DNA of 63,249 nt, the filler included, from Octopus bimaculoides (lineage: Eukaryota), in the NCBI RefSeq assembly GCF_001194135.2. It is 8 parts of 7 records of this genome, joined end to end, with 100 filler letters (N's around TTAATTAATTAA, not from the genome) between each part and the next. Parts side by side here need not be neighbours in the genome. Positions count along the whole stretch, not along the records: positions 50,205 to 60,438 come from NC_068987.1; positions 60,539 to 63,249 come from NC_068999.1; 6 more parts are not named here. One strand, written 5' to 3'. Both the position numbers and the translations under genes were made by a program. Below the pieces are notes generated by a model. That model was given only the letters and a program-made list of their open reading frames with translations. It did not search any database and was not told the origin of the DNA. Within the stretch, counting starts at the first letter, position 1; every line of letters starts with the position of its first letter. Positions 51,760 to 63,249 of the stretch are shown piece after piece.

Positions 51760-52420
51760 TTGCAAGCCTTTTGGCAAAGAGAACAAGCAGAAGACTCAGT
51801 TTGCTCAAGTGCTTGTGGATTACTTACTATGTTTTCTTGAGTAGACGGCAAGGCATGTTTTGCTTCGTGTCACAAAACCAAAATGTCAGGTAAGGTTTCC
51901 ATTTAGAGGAGCAGCATTTTGCCAGCGTGCTACCATGCTTGGTTGACTTTGCTCAAATCTTTGAACTAAGGAGTAGCAGGACTGGTGCTAGGTCCTGCGT
52001 TCTGATGTTTGTTTTCCCAGGAAGAAAAAAATGCATCGGTTCATTTTGTCTTGTAACTTGTCCTTAAAGCGCAAGAGTGGCCGTCCAACTGACCTTCCTG
52101 TTGGGAGTTAGTCAAAGTGAAGTTACTTTGGGATTCTGATATCATTTGATAAGGATAGTTTCAATACCTGATATGCTGCATTTTGTTAGCATCTCACTGT
52201 GACGAATATGGACATTCGGTTATATGTTGGAGGTAGTACGCATGCACTGTATATAAAAAGCGTCAAGCTGGTTAATGTGCTTTCGGTACAGGGTCCAAGA
52301 TTCAGCACCATAAAGCAATGATGTCAAAACCACCGACTTATACTCATCGACTTTCACCTTCAACGATATGTCGTGGCTGTTCCAAAGGCTGTGATAAACC
52401 TTTTAGCTGGAAGGGAGTGT
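51760..52420 (-). mobile_element. RTE LINE RT C-terminal fragment
   Basis: SLWNSHDISLKVKVDEYKSVVLTSLLYGAESWTLYRKHINQLDAF. Confidence 0.8.
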
Positions 52421-52818
52421 CTCTGGCCCTTTAAATACAAATTCTTGCTTCTCATGAGTTGCATATAAAACGGTGGAAATAATACCGGAAACGAGCATTC
52501 AAGTAACAGTGACACTTTATTCTTCAGCTAAATAAAATTATACAGCGGACCAGATTAATGCATCACGAAGTTGTCTGTAGAAAATCAACTCAGTCGAACT
52601 TGGTTACATGTGCTTCAACAGGAACAAAAATAATGCAGCAAAACTTCCTGAAAACAAACTCGCCCCTCTCCTGCTTTCTCTCACCTCATTGCCCATAATG
52701 ATTTTACAGCGCTATTTATAAGCAAAAAGAGACTCAGACAAGCATTTAGAATATGCCGCTTTTGGTTATCTATTGCGCAACGTAATTGGGTACGAACTCC
52801 GTATACCGCATAAAACTA

Positions 52819-53136
52819 TTAGGTTGCTCCAAAAATAAAGGCCAATTTCAGAAGCATAATTTTATTCTGGAAAAATTAACAATAGAAATGTTTTGATTAG
52901 TCAAAGTATGAGCCGTGAACATCTCTGCATCTCTGCCATTGATCAAACGAGATTATTTATGCCTTGTTGATAAAAATTTATTGGCTTTGATGCTGAGAAA
53001 TCTTTGAAAGCTAATTCCACCTCTGGTTTGGACCTGAAAGTTTTATCACTTAAAAATGTTTTAAATGCTTTAAAAAATGGTAGTCAGGAGAATATGGTAA
53101 AGTCTTGTATCCCAAGTCTGTGAGTTTCTATAGCGT
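52819..53136 (-). mobile_element. Hsmar1-like mariner, 3' segment with TIR
   Basis: TA-ttaggttg terminus; KLTDLGYKTLPYSPDYHFF, EVELAFKDF...FYQQGINNL. Confidence 0.85.
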
Positions 53137-54587
53137 TGTAGTGGATATGTATCCTGTCGTAGTGAGTTGGTCTGTTGGGTTTGAATAAACTGCAGAGACT
53201 CGGTAATCGGAGTATAATTTCATTTATTTAGGATGATACTGCGTTGATCAGACATCGAAACATATCACTACATTACAAACGTGTATAACTAGCTACGAGT
53301 TATATGTGGAGAAAGCATGTATTTGATTCAGCTTGGTTGATAGCAGTGAAAATCGCTGTTCTGGGTTGTTGCATATCTTGGCTGAGCTGATAGCAATTTA
53401 AATTAGTACATGCGAGTATCTTGGCTGAGTTGATAGCAGTTAAAACCGCTTTTCGTACGTTCGGGTCAGAAACTAGATTCAGACTGGTCATCTATTGTTC
53501 TGTAGTGAAACTACCTATCTCACGGTTATTTATGTACAAATGCGAACGTAGCAGGTAACAACTCTTTCCCGCCTTGCTGTGTCATCACCTGACTAACTTT
53601 TATTTTCGCGGCATTTGCCTCCAGTCCGCTCGCGCCAGGACGCAAACCGACCAACCGTAGCCACTAATAAGGTCACATGAGAGAGTGTTTTTCTGATGAT
53701 TTCTGGAGCCTATCTGTACCTATAAATAGCCTAAATTATCCGCGCCAATTCGTCGCGGCTTCAGATCCTCACAGATCTGGTCGTTGACCACACACGTAAC
53801 ACAGCCAGCCAGTTTCCAGCGACGACATCAACAGCATCGTTCAACTGTTTACTACAATCCAACGTCGCCAGCGTCAACACGACTCTACGTACACAAGCTA
53901 CCAAACAGCAACCGCAGCTTCTTTTCTCAACCCTGTTGTGTGAATTGTTCACCACGAAATAACAGCCAGAATTCGACACCTGCGAGAACCCATCTGTATC
54001 AAGAATCCGGCCCGGCATTGAAGCCTCAACTGCACGACAAGTCACTTAGATCTGCCTCAACCTTAACCTCTTATATACAGACAATCTAACTACTGTGTAC
54101 CTTAACAGATCTGGTATATTCTTATCCGTGTTACTGACTCTTATCTATACTCTGTATCTCTTGCATTCACATACATATATTTGTACACATACACTATTTT
54201 GTTTACATGACGGCCTGTCTTATATTGTGTTTTAATATGTCGCATTCACACTCACACACAGACATACAGTTTAATGCTCCAATAAATCTTACTGTTATTC
54301 ATCTTTATCGGTTGCGTTTCTATCTTTTCCTTACTGGCACTTCTTCGTATTTCACATGCGAATTCTCTATGTTATAGTATTATAACATATCTCATATATT
54401 TTGTGTCGACCGTGCGACGCGTTAAAAAGGAGCCTGTTTTCCATTCGTCACCATTTCTCCTTTGGTTCCCACGGTCGTCTACGGTTCCCTGTGCTGTATT
54501 TATAGTCAGCAGTGAGGTAGACGATCTATTTTTAGCTATGATGAAATCTTAACTAACTCAATCTAAGGTTATAAGGTGTCCGTTACA
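53137..54587 (+). mobile_element. Solo LTR (1451 bp) inserted in the mariner
   Basis: TG..CA termini with 8/11 inverted match; 4-bp TSD gcgt (53133-53136, 54588-54591); TATAAAT at 53721 and AATAAA at 54281. Confidence 0.85.
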
Positions 54588-55205
54588 GCGTCATTCTTGC
54601 AACATGTGGCTTTGCATTATCGTGGAGTAGAATTGGTCTACGCTGATTCACCAATGCAGATCTCAATTTTTGCAAGTGAGCATGCATTTCAGCGAGTTGA
54701 TTGCAGTGAACCTTGACTGTTATGATCTGTTTGGCTTCCAGAAATCTGTAATGGACAACACCAATTGCAGACAACCAGACTGTCACCATAATCTTTTGCT
54801 GATGTAACTTTGGCTTTGGGAAATGTTTGGAGGACTCATCACGATTAAGCATTTGACCTGGTCATTTACGGTTATAAAGGATCTCCTTTTCGTCATAAGT
54901 GACTATTCAGTCAAAGAAAGGTTCATTGGTGTTTCGCAGAAATGGCATCGAGCACACTTCAAAACGCCGAACTTTTTGAATTTTCATTGAGCTTATGCAG
55001 TTCCTAATTTATCGAGCATTTTCACCTTACCGATCTTCAGCAGATTGCGTGAGACCGTTGCAATACTGACACCAAGTGCCTGAGAAATTTCGCTGACACT
55101 TTGACGTGGGTTTTGTTCAGCAATTGCTTTCAATTGTTCATTGTCAAGACTGCATGACCGTCCTCTACTTTCTTCATCTTCAAGGCTCTCATCACCACTA
55201 CAGAT
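54588..55205 (-). mobile_element. Hsmar1-like mariner, middle segment
   Basis: SGDESLEDEE.RGR, IVTYDEK, PKPKLHQQKIMVTVW, PILLHDNAKPHVARMTL. It continues into 53136 once the LTR is removed. Confidence 0.9.
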
Positions 55206-57190
55206 GAGTGTGTGGTGAGAACAACAGCCTGGTATACCTTGATCTTTGTCATGATGGTGATCCCTCTCCTGTTCCAGACAGTCTTGCGTAGCCTGCCGAA
55301 GGCAGTGCTTGCCTTGGCGTGTCTGGCGTTGATTTCGTCATCGACGACAAGATTTCTAGAGAGTGTTCTGCCAAGGTAGGTGAACTTGTCCACCGCGTTC
55401 AGTCGCTGCCTGTTGATGATGATGTTGGGTTCAACGTAGGGCTTGGTTGGAGCTGGCTGATACATTACCTCAGTCTTTTTTGTATTGATAGTAAGGCCAA
55501 AGTTGTTGCAGCTGCCAGAGAACAAGTAAATGCTGTGCTGCATGTTGGACTCAGTGGCAGCATTGAGAGCGCAGTCATCGCCGATGACTGCGCCCTGTTC
55601 GCCGATCAAAAGATTATCCTCGTTTGAAAGTATGGAAGTTGAGCCACCAGACAGAGGTTCAAAAACACCCTTTAAATTCTGATAGAATGACTTGAAGTTA
55701 CATCTGTCCGCAGCGTCCTGCAACTCTTCTGCCTTCTTTCGTCACCATGTCTGTTTCATTTGCTTCAGTTGGGATTGGCATGTATTTCTGGCCTTTTTGA
55801 ACTCGTTGCTTTTTGTGACATTATTTTTGTTTGACGATCATTGATAGTGGCACTTGTGCATATTGTCCAAAAGAGGAGAGATGTTTGAATCATTTGAGTC
55901 GAGTCAATCTTGGTGCTTCCTCTTAACATACCCGAGTATTTCACAAAATAACTCAAATACAGTATTTTTAAAAGCAGACCACGCTGATTCAATATCTGTA
56001 TTATCTAAGATGCCAGCAGGTTTGTCGTCACAAGTTGTTTGAAATGAGGATAAATTATCATTGTTCCTCAGCTTTCTCACATCTACTTTTCGGATTGATC
56101 GAGTGTGGTTATTACGAATAGGATTGCGAATAGTAAAATTCACCTTTGATCGTATCAGTCTATGATCAGACCGACGCTCCCCAATGGACAAAGAACGTGT
56201 TACTTGGACATCTTCCCTCATAGAAGACCTCACAATTATGTAATCAGTGAAGTGATACTGGTTGCATCGGAGATGCTTCCAGGTAGTTTTGTGGTGGTTG
56301 GGGAGTTGGAAAATAGTATTGATAATCAAAATTCCATACTCACAGCAAAGCGATAGCAGCAGGCGGCCGTTTAAGTTTGCCTTGTCAACCCCATGCTTCC
56401 CTATTACGTCATACCATATGGATGTATCGTAACCTACGCGTGCATTGAAATTACCAAGGGGAGGTCTAACATGGATGGACACACCTCTCAACTGGCTACG
56501 TAGCTCAGAGTAGAACTGCTTTTTGACTACTTCGTTTGAGTTCATGGTTGGAGCATAGCAGCTGAAAATAGTTGCATATTTATTCTTGCTAATGCAGATA
56601 CGGAATTACATGAGGTTTTCACTAATGCCATTCTAAACGTTTCACCAAGTCATTCTGAATAGCAAACCTAGCACCTTCCTCTTTCGTTATTTCCCGAAGC
56701 TTACCCATCCAGAAAAAAAGTGTATCCACCATCAACTTCCTGTAGCTGACCACAGTCCGTTAGTCTGGTTTCAGAAAGAGCTGCTATTCCAAAGTTTTTC
56801 TTTTCAAGACACGGACAACCAAAGCAGCCCTACGTTCTATGTTTATCTTGCTGTCCTGAAGAGTTCGCACATTCTAAGATGCAATGAAAAGGTTTTTCTT
56901 TTTCGATTTGCTTAATTTTCTAGTGCAGGTTTGGATGCCCAGTCATTTGCAGCTAATGACAAGAAGCAATGTGGGTAATCAATTTTTAGACCGCATTTTC
57001 TTGACACCCTCCTCCATGGGAGGATAGCAATGCAATCCTAAACAGGGCTGCTTTGTTGTGAAAGGAGGTCACGAATTACACAATTATTCGTAGATGTTGT
57101 GTATAGCGGTCATCTGCTTTTCACCACCTGTGTACGAAGTTCAAGCTAAGAACTTCCAGTGACATCTTTCACCTGTTCCCATTGCTATCN
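55206..57190 (-). mobile_element. RTE-1/BovB-like LINE with RT core deleted and 3' end missing
   Basis: IAALSETRL, GNFNARVG, NGRLLL.LC, TTWKH, SDHRLI; then DDCAL...FGLTINTKKTEV...FTYLG. Confidence 0.9.
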
Positions 57191-57539
57191 NNNNNNNNNN
57201 NNNNNNNNNNNNNNNNNNNNNNNNNNNNNNNNNNNNNNNNNNNNNNNNNNNNNNNNNNNNNNNNNNNNNNNNNNNNNNNNNNNNNNNNNNNNNNGGCGGG
57301 GTGGGGGATACACACTCTCCATCAAAATATGGTGATGGTATTTGCTGATAGTATTTTACTGAACTACCAGCACATAGTTTTGTTCATAGTGGTCATTGCT
57401 TGTGCAGCACAATGCACACTCTTTCCATCAAAAAAGCATTTACCTGCACGTGTCAAATGCTAAATCGATCGCATAATTGAGATCAGAGTGGTGTAGCGTA
57501 CACTCGAGTGAAATTCCTCTCCCCTTTATTATGTATAAA

Positions 57540-58537
57540 TACATTCGAATGTAGCAGATAACAGCTAACCTTTGGCCGCTATTTGGACACTGTTGTGTCC
57601 ACTATTCTGATTGGTTGGTATCGACGCAATTTGTCTCTTACTCTGTCGCTCCAATATGCAGCGTATAACCAATTGGAGCTCTGAATAAGATCACACGAGA
57701 CAATCTTTTCTCAACTCTGTTTGAACTTACTGTTCATTATAAAAACTCACCTTCTCCTCGTCTCGAGGTCTTTGGTTCCAGACCTTCTAAGGTCTAGCTG
57801 CTGACCGCACGAGTCACAGCAAGTTCCAGCGACAACGCCAGACACCCAGGCTTCAACACAGCACTGTTCGTGAATTACTTCACCGTGGTTTAATAACAAA
57901 TATACAACCTGCGAGCCAGACGACAACACCCTTCCAACAGCATTACGGCAATCTCTTTCTTCGTCGCTATCATCTTCTTCTTAACGACGTACACAGCTCC
58001 AGCAACACTGCACAGGTTCTAACATAGCACTGTTCGTGCATTACTTCACTATATACAACCTGCGAGAACTCCTGTACAAGTAACCCAGGCAGCAGTATTA
58101 CAGCCACAACTTCGTACAACGCGTACTGTAACCGGCTCTGCATCATCGCCACAACCTTTTGATACAGTATTTCAATCACCGTGTACAATTGACTATGAAA
58201 TTGGTATTTCTCATTTTGTGTCTATGAACTTTCGTCTAACTTCTCATTATAGACTCTCTCACAGTTTTCTTCCTCATTGATATTCTTATATGTACTTAAC
58301 TCACACGTCCATGTCTATACTCACATACACTTTTTTCTCATATGGCTTGTCTATTCTGTATACATGACGCACTCACAGACACACATATGTTAACCTATCC
58401 CTAAATGTTCTCTCTAAACCTTCTATTCGGTTGTGTCTTTCTCTCTTCTCTCACTGACACATTACATGTATTATTTCTAGCCTTCTGAACGGAATCGTTA
58501 TTAGATGGTCACATCACACTTCACCTTGACTATCTAA
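57540..58537 (+). mobile_element. LTR-like element, 5' boundary uncertain
   Basis: TATAAAA near 57739; motifs shared with the solo LTR (acctgcgagaac, tattcttat, atcggttg); homologous to the inverted copy at 59872-60438. Confidence 0.6.
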
Positions 58538-58816
58538 AGTGGTCTTCTCCTAGTCTAGTTGCTCAAAAGTTACAGAACCCAGACTGCCCTATGAGTAAGT
58601 AAATGCTGATAGTGCATACCAGCTAAGGGGTCCGTCAGCAAACACAAACCTGGTTTTATATCAAAGTTTTCTTTTCCTAGATAGGTTGCCCTCACCACGG
58701 CTAAGGAACCCCATCTGCCCTATATATATATATATATATGTAAATACATAAAAAGTAAATATATATGAGATTTAAGAATATCAATAAGATATATAAAAAC
58801 AATATATACATATGTA

Positions 58817-59200
58817 GGGGTAGCTGTATGGTAAGTAGCTTGCTTACGAACCACATGGTTCTGGGTTCAGTCCCACTACATAGCACCTTGGGCAAGTGTC
58901 TTCTACTATAGCCTCGGACCGACCAAAGCCTTGTGAGTGGATTTGGTAGACGGAAACTGAAAGAAGCCTGTCGTATATATGTAAATATATATGTATATAT
59001 GTGTGTGTGTGTTTGTCCCCCCACAAATCGCTTGACAACCGATGGTGGTATGTTTACGTCCCCGTAACTTAACGGTTCGGCAAAAGAGACAGATGGAATA
59101 AGTGCTAAGCTTACAAAGAATAAGTCCTGGGGTCGATTTGCTCGACTAAAGGCGGTGCACCAGCATGGCCGCAGTCAAGTGACTGAAACAAGTAAAAGAG
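58817..59200 (+). mobile_element. Full-length tRNA-derived SINE, family S2
   Basis: A/B-box-like head, accttgggcaagtg core, internal (TA/TG) tract, and ggcggtgcaccagcatggccgcag tail with gtaaaaga end. Confidence 0.9.
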
Positions 59201-59443
59201 ATATGTGCAAAAATATTCGTTGGATGACCATTAACTACTCATCAGTTCCTCTGTCCTTTGACAGGTTTTGCTTTATGTCCCACAGTGTGTCCAACAATCA
59301 CTCTCCTCACCAAGCAAGCTCGGTGGGGTTACCAGTTTAGTCGCCGACGACCCGATCAGGCAACAGGTTGTACTGGGTTACATGTTACCAGTAGCGCTCG
59401 AGAGCGACCTGAGATAACACACACACACACACACAGATATATA

Positions 59444-59780
59444 CGAGGTGGTGTCAAAAAGTTCCTGGATTAGTTCTGTAGCGCGCCAACAGATGACAGC
59501 ACACGGTTACGTGCCCAGTGAGACCTAGCAGCAACCTTCATGTTGCAGTGTGCCAAGTGGCATAATTGTATCTACTTCGCAAGCTGTGAAATTTGTGTTT
59601 TTGTGATCACGTGTAAGCTGAAGTCTGCAATTTTTGTCATGGACAGGAAGTTGAAACAAAGGGCCAACGTGAATAATTTGCGTTAAACTTCAGAAGTCTG
59701 CTACACAGACATTGAGCATGCTTCAAAGACGAAGCAGCAGTCGTCACAATGGAAGAGCCCTTCATCTCCACGACCGAAGG
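59444..59780 (+). mobile_element. Mariner 5' end, internally deleted
   Basis: TA-cgaggtggtgtcaaaaagttcc TIR; MDRKLKQRANV.. start; SSQWKSPSSPRPK. Confidence 0.8.
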
Positions 59781-59799
59781 AGATTTAAATGGTCGTGGT

Positions 59800-59869
59800 G
59801 GTGCGTGTTCTACATCGGGTCACCAATTATAGATGGACGTCGTGGTGCGTGTTCTACGTCGGGTCACCA
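59800..59869 (-). promoter_or_regulatory. Duplicated tRNA-Trp primer-binding site of an LTR retrotransposon
   Basis: Minus strand: LTR end CA, 2 nt, then TGGTGACCCGACGT. Two copies with a 44-bp period. Confidence 0.7.
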
Positions 59870-59871
59870 TT

Positions 59872-60438
59872 TGTAGATGGTCGTGGAGAAATGTGGTGAA
59901 ACCATCTAATAACGACTCCGTTCAGAAGGCTTGAAATAATACATATATGCCAGTGGGGAAAGGAGAAGAGACAACCGAGTAGAATATTTGAGAGATACAT
60001 TTATTGATAGGTTGACATGTGTATGTGTGTCTCCGTGTGCGTCATGTATACAGAATGAGAACAAAGTGTATGTGTGTATAGGGATGAATATGTGCGTGAG
60101 CTACATATAAGAATAACAACGAAGAAGAAGACAGTGAAAGAGTCTATAATGAGAAGTTAGACGAATGTTCATAGACACAAGAATGAGAAAAACCAGTTTG
60201 TAATCAATTGGACACGGTAGTTGAAATACTGTATCAAGAGGTTGTGGCGATGATGCAGAGCTGGTTGCCGTACGCGTTGCACGAAGTTGTGGTTGTAATA
60301 CTGCTGCCTGGGTCACTTGTACAGGAGTTCTCGCAGGTTGTATTTGCTGATAAGCATAGTGAAGTAATTCACGAACAGTGCTATGTCAGAACCTGTGCAG
60401 TGTTGCTGGAACTGTGTACGTAGAGATGTTGTTGACGT
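59872..60438 (-). mobile_element. 5' LTR (3' portion) of an LTR retrotransposon, truncated by gap
   Basis: Inverted homolog of 57985-58537; ends CA next to the PBS. Confidence 0.75.
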
Positions 60439-60542
60439 NNNNNNNNNNNNNNNNNNNNNNNNNNNNNNNNNNNNNNNNNNNNTTAATTAATTAANNNNNN
60501 NNNNNNNNNNNNNNNNNNNNNNNNNNNNNNNNNNNNNNGATG

Positions 60543-60601
<59 letters not shown>

Positions 60602-60866
60602 GGATAGATAGATAGATAGACAGATAGATAGATAGATAGATGACAAATAAGTTGAAAATTTGGATTTACAACCAACCTATTTTTTGCGAATATTATCAAT
60701 ACGTACTGTTCTAAAACGTCTTTAGCAATCTTTCATTTTCTTGTTACAATGTTTTTTATATGCCACTCCATATAAAGCAAACATCAATAACTATATATAT
60801 ACATATGTATGTATGCTTGTATGTATGTATGTGTATGCATAAAAATGTACCTTTTTGTTATTCTAC

Positions 60867-60906
<40 letters not shown>

Positions 60907-63213
60907 AAGGAGGGAGAAAGATAGATAGATAGATAGATACANNNNNNNNNNNNNNNNNNNNNNNNNNNNNNNNNNNNNNNNNNNNNNNNNNNNNNNNNNN
61001 NNNNNNNNNNNNNNNNNNNNNNNNNNNNNNNNNNNNNNNNNNNNNNNNNNNNNNNNNNNNNNNNNNNNNNNNNNNNNNNNNNNNNNNNNNNNNNNNNNNN
61101 NNNNNNNNNNNNNNNNNNNNNNNNNNNNNNNNNNNNNNNNNNNNNNNNNNNNNNNNNNNNNNNNNNNNNNNNNNNNNNNNNNNNNNNNNNNNNNNNNNNN
61201 NNNNNNNNNNNNNNNNNNNNNNNNNNNNNNNNNNNNNNNNNNNNNNNNNNNNNNNNNNNNNNNNNNNNNNNNNNNNNNNNNNNNNNNNNNNNNNNNNNNN
61301 NNNNNNNNNNNNNNNNNNNNNNNNNNNNNNNNNNNNNNNNNNNNNNNNNNNNNNNNNNNNNNNNNNNNNNNNNNNNNNNNNNNNNNNNNNNNNNNNNNNN
61401 NNNNNNNNNNNNNNNNNNNNNNNNNNNNNNNNNNNNNNNNNNNNNNNNNNNNNNNNNNNNNNNNNNNNNNNNNNNNNNNNNNNNNNNNNNNNNNNNNNNN
61501 NNNNNNNNNNNNNNNNNNNNNNNNNNNNNNNNNNNNNNNNNNNNNNNNNNNNNNNNNNNNNNNNNNNNNNNNNNNNNNNNNNNNNNNNNNNNNNNNNNNN
61601 NNNNNNNNNNNNNNNNNNNNNNNNNNNNNNNNNNNNNNNNNNNNNNNNNNNNNNNNNNNNNNNNNNNNNNNNNNNNNNNNNNNNNNNNNNNNNNNNNNNN
61701 NNNNNNNNNNNNNNNNNNNNTATATATATATATATATATATATGCATGTATGCATGTATATTATGTATGTATGTACGTATGTATGTATGTATGCATACAT
61801 ATATATATATATATATAGTGTGAGAAAGAGAAAGAACGATGCATATACATGTGCAAAAAATATACACACAAACACATATTTTTACGTATTCATAGCTAAG
61901 GATATATTACATAAGTACGTACAGTGGCGTGTATACGATCTAAAAATTAAACTACGTCTTTATTTTACTATAAAAGTATTTAGTAATGAATCGCTTGTCA
62001 TATTTTCTAAATTATATATTACTTAGGTGAAAAATAAAGCGGCATTAATTCTCATAATAGAATATTACTGTAATGTCCACTAACTGTCATTTATTTCTCA
62101 TATATCTTATATTTTCAGTTTATATTTCTGCACACATTCATTACTTATAATATCAGTTTGATTGACGTGTGTTCTGGTGGTTCTTAGGAAGAGGATCGTT
62201 TTAAAAAGAAAATGCCTCAGACGATGTAGCTGTATGACCTATAGATATAGAATCGTCTAAATGGGTGTGGCTGGAACAGCATTGCTCATAATTTTGCCCT
62301 GATCAGATTACCCATAGTGCAATAATAACAATGTGTGTCGCCGGGCTGGTAAATGGTGTCTGAGCAGCTTTGATATAGATTTATTATTTTTCAGTGTTTT
62401 CTATTTGTTTGCATTATTCTACCTTGTAAATAAATAAATAAATAAATAAATTGTATCATTGAAGATCATTCTCACTTCCTCGGTGTTTTATTACAACTTT
62501 CTTTTATATGAGTCTATATTTCACTTTCTCACACTCTCTGTACCTGCTCTTCAATAAGTATGTATGTAGTTCCATTACCAATCTTATCATTCTTTCGCCT
62601 TCCTTCACTTTCAAATTATTTTCTTTTATTTTATTGTATGTAATTTATATTTGCACCATGATTAGATTAGATAACTTGAGCTAAATCAATTAGCCTGTTT
62701 TTGAAAAATGTTATCCTATATTAGATGTAAATTTATTACCATTCACTTCCTGACTGTCTCCTATTCTCTGAGAATTTTCAGTCTGATCGCAGGGGTCTTG
62801 AGGTAAACTACAAAATTTCTATTTAGATATATTTGGGGTACTTAAGTGTACACATGACTTTGCGTCTGCTTGTTCCATAGGTGCAAGTATTTCATTTATT
62901 TTTTAACGTATTTACCGTTGATGACGAGAAAATTCTTTATGAATTAACTCATCTGCCCGATTCGGTAATAACGTAACTTTTTTAGAAATTTCTGTCAGCC
63001 TGCTTCGAGACATGTGCTTATAGTAAATGAATTATTAATTCATATATGGTTATTAATTATACGTGGTTATTGACGATTTAAAGTCTATTCTCGGCATTTT
63101 TGGCATAGAATTTTGTTTTTTTTGCCCTTATTTATAAGTTGTTTATAATTTTCACCTCAAATGGCCACTGATAAAATTTTTTGAAAATTTTTATCCTATA
63201 TTAGATATATGTA

Positions 63214-63249
<36 letters not shown>

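Overview
Animal genomic DNA that is AT-rich, microsatellite-rich and full of gaps. The repeat families (RTE LINEs with (GAT)n tails, several tRNA-derived SINEs, Penelope remnants) suggest an octopus or other coleoid draft scaffold; this is an inference. Only two host exons can be supported, both on the + strand: an internal thymidylate synthase exon (3120-3296) and a well-bounded 104-nt exon of unknown identity (23732-23835). No other TYMS exons are visible. The rest is intronic or intergenic sequence dominated by TE relics: RTE and CR1-type LINEs, Penelope GIY-YIG fragments, mariner and maT transposons, hAT/pogo/piggyBac/Merlin-like MITEs, and LTRs. A nested TE cluster lies at about 49-60.5 kb. 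Three signals stand out: (1) a cluster of diverged, structurally conserved hairpins at 1.37-2.82 kb, just upstream of the TYMS exon; (2) four well-formed and one degenerate minimal type-I hammerhead ribozyme motifs; (3) the lone TYMS exon is phase-compatible with the unrelated exon 20 kb downstream. All folds and alignments were done by eye; no database searches were run.
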